From: Yuukianura sp. NJ FZ-2021
Lineage: Eukaryota
Assembly (NCBI GenBank): GCA_046563655.1
Contig: CM102286.1
Location: 11,780,001 to 11,844,000 of the forward strand
Direction of reading: 5' to 3'
Length of the DNA: 64,000 bases
A program made the position numbers and the translations under genes. The notes under the pieces were generated by a model. That model saw only the letters and a list, made by a program, of their open reading frames with translations, had not been told where the DNA came from and made no database searches. Positions 27,601 through 38,370 of this stretch are shown here, piece after piece; within the stretch, counting starts at the first letter, position 1, and every line of letters starts with the position of its first letter.

Positions 27601-30600
27601 GGAAGCCATGAAACTGTTTATGTTGAACCGTGAAGTTGATGACTTGGAACAATGGATTGCAGAACGAGAAGTTGTGGCTAGTTCGCATGAACTTGGACAG
27701 GATTACGACCATGTGACGATGTTGTTGGAGAGATTTAAGGAATTTGCTCGCGACACCGAGTCTATTGGAAATGAGAGAGTCACTGTGGTGAATGAAATAG
27801 CTGATGGACTCATTGCTTCCAAACATTCAGACGCAGCTACAATTGCTGAGTACAAGGATGGACTGAATGAAGCTTGGGCAGATCTTCTGGAATTGATTGA
27901 CACCAGAATGCAGATGCTAACGGCGTCTCGCGAACTCCATAAATTCTTCCATGATTGCAAGGACGTGCTGGGAAGAATTTCAGAGAAGTCCAACGCAGTT
28001 CCGGATGAAGTTGGACGTGATGCCAGTTCAGTATCGGCTCTTCAGCGAAAGCACATTCAATTTCTCCAGGATTTACAGACTCTCCAATCACAGGTACTGA
28101 CAAGCATCGGACTATTACTCTAAAATACTTTACCAGTTTGTCATTGGCAACTTAAAACTTTTTACACTAATACTTGTTTCTTTTGATTTAGGTCGAACAA
28201 ATTCAAGAAGACTCAAAGAAGTTGCAAGCAGCTTATGCTGGTGAAAAGGCCAAGGAAATTACCAACCGTGAAGCAGAAGTTGTCAATGCTTGGTTGAATC
28301 TTCAAAGTAATTTTTTTTGAAATGAAAGTTTTAAGGTTTTTGAACTATTTTTACATGGATCTGTTTTTGTTACCAGATAACTGCGAGGCCAGGAGAATGA
28401 AGTTGGGTGACACTGGAGACTTGTTCAAATTCTATATTATGGTTAGAACGCTGATGCTTTGGATGGATGATGTCATTATTCAAATGAATACGTCGGAGAA
28501 ACCACGGTAAAGAACCCAAAGCTGATTCTTACGCTTGAAGTGTCTCTTACACTGGTGGTTGTTGTTTTTGATTTAGTGACGTGAGCGGAGTGGAACTGCT
28601 GATGAATAATCATCAAAGTCTCAAGGCAGAAATTGACACGCGAGAGGATAACTTCTCTGCCTGCTTCCAACTTGGCAAGGAACTTCTCTCCAGACAGCAT
28701 TATGCTTCAGAAGAGGTCAGCAATTCTTAATTGAAAAAATTGAAAAACTAAAAACGGTGGAGGGATCTTTGCTAATGTACGCTTGAAATTGTCTGATTTA
28801 TGACGCTTATAGATCAAAGAAAAAATCAAAGGCCTCACTGCACAGAGAAATGCGATGTCACACAGATGGGAAGAGCGCTGGGAACACTTACAATTGAGTA
28901 AGGCGAACTCTGGCACAACTAGAGTGATGTTCTGAACTTATGACTAACGTTGTTGGCTTATTGTAGTTTTGGAGGTGTACCAGTTTGCCCGCGACGCAGC
29001 AGTTGCCGAGGCGTGGTTAGTTGCCCAGGAGCCGTATCTTCTGTAAGTAAATCCAAGAGTTCAAGTATTACTGTAAAATGTACGCAAAATCTGTAAAGTA
29101 CAAAGTCTGATGTTACGTTGTTCCATTTTTAAATGATTTGTGACTTTGTGCAGGAGCATGGAACTTGGTCACACAATTGATGAGGTCGAAAACCTAATCA
29201 AGAAGCACGAAGCATTCGAAAAGTCAGCCACTGCCCAAGAGGAGAGATTCACAGCGCTTGAGCGTCTTACGACGGTAGGTTTTTCTTCACACAGTAAATT
29301 CGTAGTTGCCATTTGTATATACGCTTAAATTCAAAGTTGTCAAAAAATTAGAGCTATCAGTATAGGTGCTGTCTTCTTTAACTTTCTTAATTTGATTTCT
29401 TTCGTTTCAATTTCTTTTTTCCTTTGATCTCTTCAAAATTTTAAGCTGGAATTACGAGAGCAAGCCAAGCGTCTAGGGCAAGCGGACAGTTTCGGTTTCT
29501 ATCCATACGAGACAATGGTGACTCGTTATACATTCCTTTTCTAATGAGTTTCGCTGCATTCATTAATTCGGCGGTTGATTTAATGCCAGTGCCATTGACT
29601 GAGCTCCTTCCAAGCTCATGATTTTTTCTCTTCTGTTTTCCATAACTCTGTTTTGTTTGTTTTTGCGGGCTCACTGTTTGTAAACATGCTAAGTGTTAAA
29701 GTGTTGATGAAAATGTTGGTAACATTCAGTGATTTTGTTGAACTAACCAATTTCTGATTTGGTTTCAGTTTGAGCTCCGAGATCGCGAGAGGATTCAGCG
29801 TGAAGAAGAAGAGCGCCGGCGTCAAGAAGAATTGGCCAAGAAGACACCACCACCAAAATCACCCGAGCAAGATCGTCCAGACGGATCCAGATCCCCAGAA
29901 CCCACCTCTGAAAAGGAAACTGTCAGTCAGCGTGAAGGTACGTTGCATAGCTACAGCTTGTTATCGTCGTTTTGCATGTTGTGTGTTGTGTTGTCCCTAA
30001 ATTATTAAGCTACAACTTCAGAAACTGCATGGCCTTTTTTTAAAAATCTTTTTGAAAACTTTTGAAATCTCATTTCTAACTCTTTTTTATTTCTTTGCAT
30101 GATCTTTATTCAATTCTCGAATGCTCAATCGCTTTAAATTCAGCTTCTCCGCCAGTTCCATCACAACATCAAAGTCAGAGTGAGACTCCTGGTCCAAGTC
30201 AAAGTCAAACCCCGCCAGTAACTCCAGGAAAGTCACCAGACAAAAGAAAGCCAGGTATGGTAATTTCTCCGCTGAGGGCTCTCCGTCCAATGCTCGTTTT
30301 AACCCTAAATTAACCCCACATATTTTTTCCACTTTACTTGATTTTCTTTTGATCTCAATTTAATTTTTGCATGCATGATTTCTAATCTAATCTCACATGT
30401 TATTTTATTTTTACTTTTTTTTTGCTTTTTTTTGGTGATGGCCACTTTCACTTTTTACTAACTCAGGATCATTTCGGTTGCCTTCTTTTTCTTCTTCATC
30501 TTCACCTAAAACACCAAAGCTTCCAAAATCTCCCTCTAAATCCACCAAAAGTAACAAAAGTGGCAGAAGCGTAGACTCCGAAGCTTATGGTGATGGCGCT

Positions 30601-32214
30601 GACGACGTTTTTGTTGAACAATGTGAGTGCATCCTTATTTTGGACGAAACAATCATCGTAGGAGTAATTAACAAAGTGTTGTTAATAGTTATCCTGCATA
30701 TGCAATTCGCGGTTGTGTTACTTCGGAATTTGGTGTAATTTGCTATTTGCTGGCTTTTTGGTAGTTTCGATGTCGGTTGCTTTGAGTTGCTTTGCTTCTA
30801 CTTTTGCTAAGAGAAATGGAATTCAGTAGAAATTCCCGGAGTGTATGTGCGAATGATTAAGAATCATTTAAATCAAATGGGGCTCAAAGGTCGGGGGGTT
30901 AGTGGAATAATATAAATATATAAATATAAAAAATCCGGTCAATCTCAATCTCATAGCGGAGGAGGCAGCTAAGGTATCAAGTCGATCCAGGTCAAAGTCA
31001 CCTTTCCGAAGTTTTCGATGGAAGAAGTCCAAATCTTCAACATTGGAGGCAATTCCAGGCGGTAGTGCCTCTGATGATGAGTCAAATATTCAGAAAATGA
31101 AAGGTAACGTGTTCTCAGTATTGATTTTTTTTAGGAGTCACCGCCAACTTTCTCTTTAATCTTCAAAGCGGTCCTGCTCCTTTCTTTCCCAATTTCCAAG
31201 TCTACCCCACTTGTAACGCTATTCTCCGTGTATTCGGTGAACTTAATTTGATTACGAATGGGTTTGGTGGGCTAATGATGGTTGGTAAAGGGAATTATGC
31301 TACGCTGGAACTCATTTCCGGAAGGGAATTGATTTAGGTACGATGGTAAATGGCAAGGCTTCTTACGGTTTTGAAATGCCGTGAATTTCACTGGTTTGTT
31401 TTACTAAATTACATAATGGCGGGCATGTTAATGCTTTCTGCATGTGCTAAACTGATCAGCACGCTTTTTGTAAAGTGACTAATTTTTGTGATGTTGATGT
31501 TGGTGATTTTTGTTCTAAATGTCTAATATGAGGTTGTTCTTAAATTGTTGTAGATCGACCTGGCCCGAGCGAGGAAGGTGTCTTGGAAAGTCTTTTGAGT
31601 AGGAAGCACGAGTGGGAGTCAACTACAAAGAAGGCATCTAATAGGTAATTTCAACTGTTTATGTAGAATAATACATTTTAAGAAGTTTTTTTTAAGAAGA
31701 AATATTTCGAAATTCCACAAACTGAATGTCTTTTTTTTTCGTCACAGGTCTTGGGACAAAGTGTACGTAGTCCTTCGTGGTAACACTTTACTGTTCTACA
31801 AAGATCAAAAGAACTTCAGGACTCAGAAAGAGGCGTACTTCAGAGGTGAGAATCCCAGTGACCTTCAAGGGGCTTCCGCCGAAGTTGCCGCTGACTATAC
31901 GAAGAAGAAGCACGTTTTCCGACTCAAGTAATTACAAAATGCGGAAACTTAATTTAATTTGATCCTGAAACTTTTTTGGTGTGGAGATTCGTCAATTGGA
32001 ACTTTTGTTTTCATGTAGGTTGGCAAGTGGCGGAGAGTTTTTATTCCAAGCAAAGGACGATGAAGAAGTAAATCAGTGGGTACGTGGAATTCAAGACGTG
32101 AGTCATGCGGAAGGTGCTGGATCATCGGCAGCATCCAGGGCTCAAACTCTTCCAGCCTCCAGTCAGAGAGAAGAGCCCAAGAAGAGAAGCTTCTTCACGC
32201 TGAAGAAGAAATAA
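18671..32214 (+). CDS. beta-Spec: Spectrin beta chain (conventional beta-spectrin): 2 CH domains, spectrin repeats, PH domain; ~30 exons
   Basis: Starts [13 protein letters not shown]...[35 protein letters not shown] domains include [16 protein letters not shown] and [17 protein letters not shown]. Spectrin repeats run from about 22468 to 29274. PH domain exons 31554-31644, 31748-31927 and 32019-32214 give [22 protein letters not shown]...[21 protein letters not shown]...[11 protein letters not shown]. The introns I checked are GT-AG and keep the frame. Confidence 0.98.
20554..20740 (+). CDS. beta-Spec: Putative alternative first coding exon of beta-spectrin
   Basis: ATG-initiated ORF ending CAA G|GTAATA (phase 1), the same phase as exon 1a (TCC G|GTACG). 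It therefore splices in frame to 21256 and gives ...[20 protein letters not shown], which parallels [15 protein letters not shown]. Confidence 0.65.
29446..29544 (+). CDS. beta-Spec: Putative alternative terminal (or mutually exclusive) exon of beta-spectrin, giving a PH-less isoform
   Basis: A pyrimidine tract plus AAG acceptor at 29445, in phase 0 after ...ERLTT|, reads [32 protein letters not shown]. Its start resembles the main exon at 29769 (FELRDRER). Confidence 0.55.
   Translation: MELREQAKRLGQADSFGFYPYETMVTRYTFLF
30144..31103 (+). CDS. beta-Spec: Three symmetric phase-1 cassette exons of beta-spectrin before the PH domain (30144-30254, 30467-30622, 30957-31103)
   Basis: Lengths are 111, 156 and 147 nt (all multiples of 3), each flanked by AG and GT. 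They encode S/P/K-rich peptides, including [23 protein letters not shown] branch point lies directly before 30467. Confidence 0.7.
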
Positions 32215-34233
32215 TGACGTTTTTCATTTTTAAACGACAATGCCAGCTTTGCAATAGGTTTTCCTAACTTCGTCATATAAGAATCATGCAGAACATGAAA
32301 CACAAAATTCAGTTTTAAGTCAATATGAATGGAAATTATAGGCTTTTTATGTATTGCAGCAGATTGGTCGTATATGGTAGAAGGGCGCGAGTAATAGCAG
32401 AACAGACACACTTAAAAAGACAGAAGAAATTGTTCTGGCTTTCATTTACAAAATTAACACTAATCTAATAACGTACCTTAGCCAAAGCTTAGGACAGGAT
32501 AAATATTAGGATCCACAGAAGCACCAAAACAAGTTTTTAGAAATATCTTGAAATCAAAGTTAGATTTGAACTTAAGAATTCTGCTTTTTTCATTCGAAGA
32601 TTTTGACGATGTTCTAATCTCTGTTGCTCACAGGATATGTGACTATTCCTCAAAATGATTACTGCCAACATTGTTATTTACATTGACAAAACACTTAAAC
32701 TGGACACACTTGATTTTTAGAGTACTAATTTACACTATCCTTGTTAATAGGTTTAGTTTCTTCTAATTTCACTTTCTCTTCTTTGACAATTATGACAACT
32801 CGAGTTTGTAACCACTTATTGACAAGTATCTCTTCAAAATGAAAAAAATATGCTGCCACTAATTACAGATAAACTTTACGTAACTCGTAACTACTTTAAC
32901 TGTGCTATTCATCTGCTCTTTTGCTATTTAGATTCGATTTTAACCTTCCTTTCGGAAGTTAAAAAGAATTTAGGAGATGGTATGGGAAATATGGCTAATA
33001 GGTGAAAGCTTGGATTCTTCCTATTTGATTTGATGTTTAAATTTGGTAGTGGATTATAGTTATAGTTTCGTTGGGATTTTATGCCATTACTATGTGCAGA
33101 TATATTTTAATTCGTGGGTTCAGAATTTAGGTTTAAAATATTGATTAATCTCGGAAGTTTAAGCAGAACTTGGTTGTATTGTTTCTGGATTCATCATTGG
33201 AAAAAGTTAAGTTTGCTTTAAAATTCAAATGTTACCGTTAACTTTACTTACAGTTTAGAAATTGTGTTTTCTTCTTTTGATTAACTGGACTCAAATTTAT
33301 GGGAAACTGAAATAGTAGTGAAAGTTTTAATTGTTATTTCCGTTAAGCTTCCATGTAAGATTTTGTAACTCAATATTCTCTAAGAACACCTCCTTACCTT
33401 AACCATTGTCAGTTTGGAAGGAATTGAGTGAATGTGTTACAGGAGCAAATTATAGCATAAAACTGCTTTATACGAAAACGTATCTGGGCCTCCTATTTCA
33501 TTGTATTTTTATTAATTTAGGGATGTTAGGCATATTTACGTTTTGGCGAGGTGGTTGGTTGATCTTGGCTCCAATGAATTGTGGATTGTTAGGTTGTGCT
33601 TTATGCAAGCCATGTCAGAAACTTCCCTAATAATGTGTTCCGAAACTTTTAGGTAGACATTGAATTCTTAATTCTTTGCGGGAGAGTTAGGTAAGAAATT
33701 GTAGGTGGTTTGGAGTTAAGTATGGTTTGACTTTCTCAGATTTTTCTAGTACTTAAGAGAAATCGATAAGTTTGACGGAGCGTGTGGAAAGCATAGAGCG
33801 AGCAGTAACCTTCAAGGACTGGAAAAAGTTCAAATGGGATAATGGGAATACTGTTTCTCATACTTTTTGGTGTCAGTTGGCGGCATTATTTTGCCAGACT
33901 TTCCCTTACTAACTTTTCCCTATAACTTTCTTTTTCTTCGTGTTCTACCGACTTTTTTGTGCTCAGCACATTGCATGAGTTTTCAAATTCTGAACTCTGA
34001 TTTCAAACACAGCGGAGATTTAGGAATATGAATTGAAGGGAAAGTTAAGTTTATGCTTGAAGAAAATCTTTTTCTTTCTAAGGTTATTTTCATGAAACAC
34101 TTTTCAAAACTTTTAGACCTCACTCAAACCCTTCAGAAATTCAGAGAATTTTGGTTTGAAAAAGAATTGTAAACTTACCCGTTCACCCCAATTGCATTTT
34201 GTTCAGAAATCGAAGACGTTTTCGTTATCGAAG

Positions 34234-34924
34234 AAAATTTTGAAAATTTATATCTCAGGAATGGAAAGCGATAGAGACCTAATCTCTTCGCGATAAACTT
34301 TCAATAAATATGAAGAATTTTTTAAAACTTTGAAAACTCCAAAATCGAACACCAAGTTTTTCGTCAAATTTTGAAAACAACCATGGATTTTTTCGAAATT
34401 TGGTCAAAATCTGATGGTACCTTTTTATAATTTCTAAAAATACTATATATTTTTGTGAATTCATGAGTGAAGAGTTTTCCTTTCTATCACTTTCCGTTCC
34501 CGAGTTATGAATTTCTAAAGTTTTTGAAAATTAAAATGAAATTTTGAAAATTTATTTCTCGTGAACGGAAAGCAATAGAGACCTAATCTCTTCGCGATAA
34601 ACTTTCAAATAATATGAAGAATTTTTTAAAATTTTGAAAACTCCAAAATGGAACATCAAGTTTTTCGTCAAATTTTGAAAAAAACCATGGACTATAGTCC
34701 ATGGATTTTTTCGAAATTTGGTCAAAATCTGATGGTACCTTTTTATAATTTCTAAAACTACTATATATTTTTGTGAATTCATGAGTGAAGAGTTTTCCTT
34801 TCTATCACTTTCCGTTCCCGAGTTATGAATTTCTAAAGTTTTTGAGAAATAAAATAAAATTTTGAAAATTTATATCTCAGGATCGGAAAGCGATAGAGAC
34901 CTAATCTCGGTTGAGGTAAACTTT
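34234..34924. repeat. Tandem array of ~305-320 bp units (2 full + 1 partial), each internally palindromic; probably transposon-derived
   Basis: Units start at about 34234, 34539 and 34857 (aaattttgaaaatttatatctcagga..ggaaagcgatagagacctaatctc). Each full unit ends with tctatcactttccgttcccgagttatgaattt, an approximate reverse complement of its own start. The duplicated ORFs 34279-34464 and 34552-34782 reflect the repeat. Confidence 0.85.
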
Positions 34925-37900
34925 AACGGAACATCATTGTAGCCGCACAGTGTAGCCGCCGGCGGCCATCTTCGAGTGGCTACAATGGGTGGCTACGCTT
35001 GCAAAAGGCTCTAATAGTCTGCCCATGTTTTCAGATTTCTTCAAAATTTTGAAGGAATGTAGAATTTTTGGAAAATTATGAATCCAAATGATACGAGCAA
35101 CACCAATTGATTCATTTGTCTGGGGGTGGGGACGGGGAGGCAGAAACGGTTCTTGTAAATCTGGAATTTTAACATCTTCAAATGAAACTGCATCATTTGC
35201 ATTTGAATTTTTCGCGGGTTGTGACAAACTGCAAACAAAACGTCCGCAAATCCGGAAGACAAGGAACTTACTGGTGCTCTGGGAAACTGGTTTGGCAGCA
35301 GCACGAGTCTTCTGGTTTTGCGTAATTTTCGGCGATGGTATAGCCTTAATTCTAGTCCTAGAACTTGTATAGGCCTGGGCGCTTTTACTTTTAGAGAAAG
35401 CAGAACACCGTTCCAGAATCAATACTTTCCACGCATCTACAAATGCAATCGTCTAAAGTACTTTCACCAAGGTAAATTGAAGCGAGATTGAATACGATTC
35501 CACCTACGACATACCCGTTTCTCTCAATTTAGTTGGAAGGAACTTAAGCTATGTGTTTTATTTATGTTTGCCATTTCACGTGTTTGAAAAATATACATGT
35601 ATACTACTAACTAAGTTTTACATCTACATTTAATTTTTGGATAAGTCAATAAGTTATTCAGCTGGGAATGGCTTAATAACAAGTTTAGAAAGCGTGCCTC
35701 AGGAATACAAAACAGTGTGCTCGCCATATTCGTTTCAGAGTATGATACATCTCATGCTTTAAAAAATGGTTAGCGTTCTAAACATTTTACGAAAAGCGAA
35801 GCTGTTGTACTAGGTATGTTGATGTACTTTTATACCATAGGATTGGAAGTATGAATAGCAGTGTGAAGAAAACGATACTTGGTTACAAAACGCCATTTTT
35901 CGATACTTTCTCGTTTTTCATAGCAAAAGGGAATATGACTACTACAATCTTGTCATTTTTCACGTCTTCCGAATGTTGTGTCTGCTAATGTCTTGATATT
36001 CGAAAAGTGTTTTGAAAGGTTAGGGCGTTGAATGTTGATAGGAACGATGATGTGTCTAGCTTAATGTGCGAAGTGGATTACAAGAGCATATAGTGAAAGA
36101 ATGTTCTTAAGTAACGTTGCCCAGTACACTATTATTTTTATTACCCATCTACGGGTTCTGACTCCTTTCGGAAGAACAGGAGCTGGAGATTCCAATGTTC
36201 CTGGATGTTGGAATACGGTTATAACAACCGTGGAAAAAGAAGCGGGTAGCTATAATACAGAAATGTTTGCCAGAAGGAGAAGTCTCGAAAGTGTTATAAC
36301 CTTCCTAGAAAGTACATGAAAAGGCGACTAGGATTCTAACAGTTCCTCTAGACATGCTCCCAAGGTTCGCGGATGGAGAAAACGGAGAAAGCGGCAGGGA
36401 GATCCACCTTGGCAAAGAGTTGCTCCTGCCACAATTCCAGCAGCCTCCAACGATCCCACGGTGGCTCAGTTCCATTCAGCCGCCCCACCAAAGTGCTCCA
36501 TCATCAAAAATCAGCTCAAACTCAAAGGCTTGTCACCAATTAGTGACTTTCGGAGTCCTTGTGTTTTCCACGCCCTTGTCATACAATGCTTTATCTTCCC
36601 ACGGAATCCGGAAATCGATCTTCCTGGAAATCTGCAGCTGAAGCCAAATTGAAAAACACCATCGTCATCAGAGCTCTAACGAACAAAACACTTCAGCCAA
36701 GCCAACGCAGTTAGTAAATCACTTAAATTTCCATTAAATTCTCCCGCAGAATTTTCAACTAACAAAATGCCAAATAATACGTCAAGTGATACTGATCTAA
36801 ATTGCAAGGTCAATCATTCAACCATGCTCTGCTGATGATCATCATTAGATCGTATTCAGCAGCAAAAGCAGTTGGATTTAGAGTGCTTCGTTGGAACTTC
36901 CATTGTAATAGTTCCCACACAATGGAAAAATGCTTACTCCAAACTTCGTACGCCACGCTACGCCTCACTAGCGAATACCAAATTGCAAAAGAAAAAAAAA
37001 CCTACGTGTGAATAATTAAAAAAGTAAGGGAGGCTCCCGGTGTGTTTTGAAGTGTGGATTTTCTAGTGGCGACGCGGAAAGTGAAAAACTTGGTTAGTTT
37101 TAATGAAGACGGATCATTTGTGGTTACGAAAATTTGGGATTTTTAACATTATCAACGGAAAAATTTCGTCTTTACCGTGAACATGCAGAAAGAAAGTCAC
37201 ATTCGTTGGTGTTTTCGCATTACTGCATACAGTTCTATCTTGAATCATCAATAAATTCAAGGTTGCTGAACAAAGAAATTATGTTTCTTTAGAATGATTT
37301 TTTTCTTATAACAAGCAATAACTCGGCTACTGAGGTCTTTAAGCACATTTTTCGAAAATGAGTTCACAATTTGAACGTAAAAAAGGTCCGGAAGATCAAA
37401 ATTGTTAAGCCAATAGACATTATTAGACGTTGGTTAAACAGAATTCGTTGAAAAAATCTGTCTAATGAACGTTTAATTGAAACTGGTTTTTTAATTATTA
37501 GTCAATCTAATTAAAAATTAATTAATTAATTAACTATTGGTTCCAAATTGGTTCCACTATTTTGTTTTTTGGGGGGATTTTTTTTAAAGATCGAGTTATT
37601 GCCTTAACCTGTTAAAGAAAAACTCGTTGTGAAGCCACCTTGAATAAATTGGTTGGTTGTTCTGTTCCTGTGATCAATACAGGGAGCTCATTCCCAAACT
37701 AGGCGTACACTTACATTTGAACATTCACGTCGCTGGGTTTTGGATTGTGAAAGTTATATTATAAGAACATGAACACTTCTCCAGCCCCTGCCCTTCCGTC
37801 ACTATCCACTTTCACCAGTTCCAAGTACAAGTGAAAGTTCTGAATAACCTTTAGGCCACTCTTCAGCTCCAATACAAAAACAGTGAAAGTTTGAATAGGT

Positions 37901-38370
37901 GAACTGAATACGAAAACAGGAAGAGGTTTTATACGGTTTCTGGAGGAGGAGATTCTTTAAGTTCATAGTACAACAGCATATTACCGACTTGGAATATAAA
38001 TGGTGCTGGTTCCTGGTTAAAACCGTGGTGGAGCTCCCTAAACTAACTCCCTACGACTTTTAGATTGTCCACTGGAACTGATTTGCAGCAGTACGTTCTA
38101 ACTAAAAGGAAAGCATTCGATTTACCCAAGCATCGCATCCGTGCGCTCACCGTTGAGAAAGTGCTGCTCAGAAAATCGATTCCTTCGTTTCCTCTACATT
38201 CCCGTGGCAAATTCTGAGAAAAAAAAAGTAATTAATGGCCTATCTACTCAGGACGAGGAGAAAAGTGGTGGTCGTAGTTGACAGTAGTTCGTGTTGTTGG
38301 TGGACCTAAAGAAGAACAATCGTTTATGGGTAAATTCAAACTATTTGGGTCAGGATCATCAGAAAAGAGA

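Noticed and set aside
22052..28103. Many antisense or shifted-frame ORFs over beta-spectrin (and similar ones over other genes)
   Set aside because: Shadow ORFs of real coding exons, with no independent homology.
34934..35422. 162-aa minus-strand ORF
   Set aside because: No true ATG start or recognisable motif, and it overlaps the end of the repeat array.
36354..36652. ORFs 36354-36641 and 36461-36652 as a small gene
   Set aside because: No recognisable domain or splice structure. It might be a decayed fragment, but I cannot support a call.
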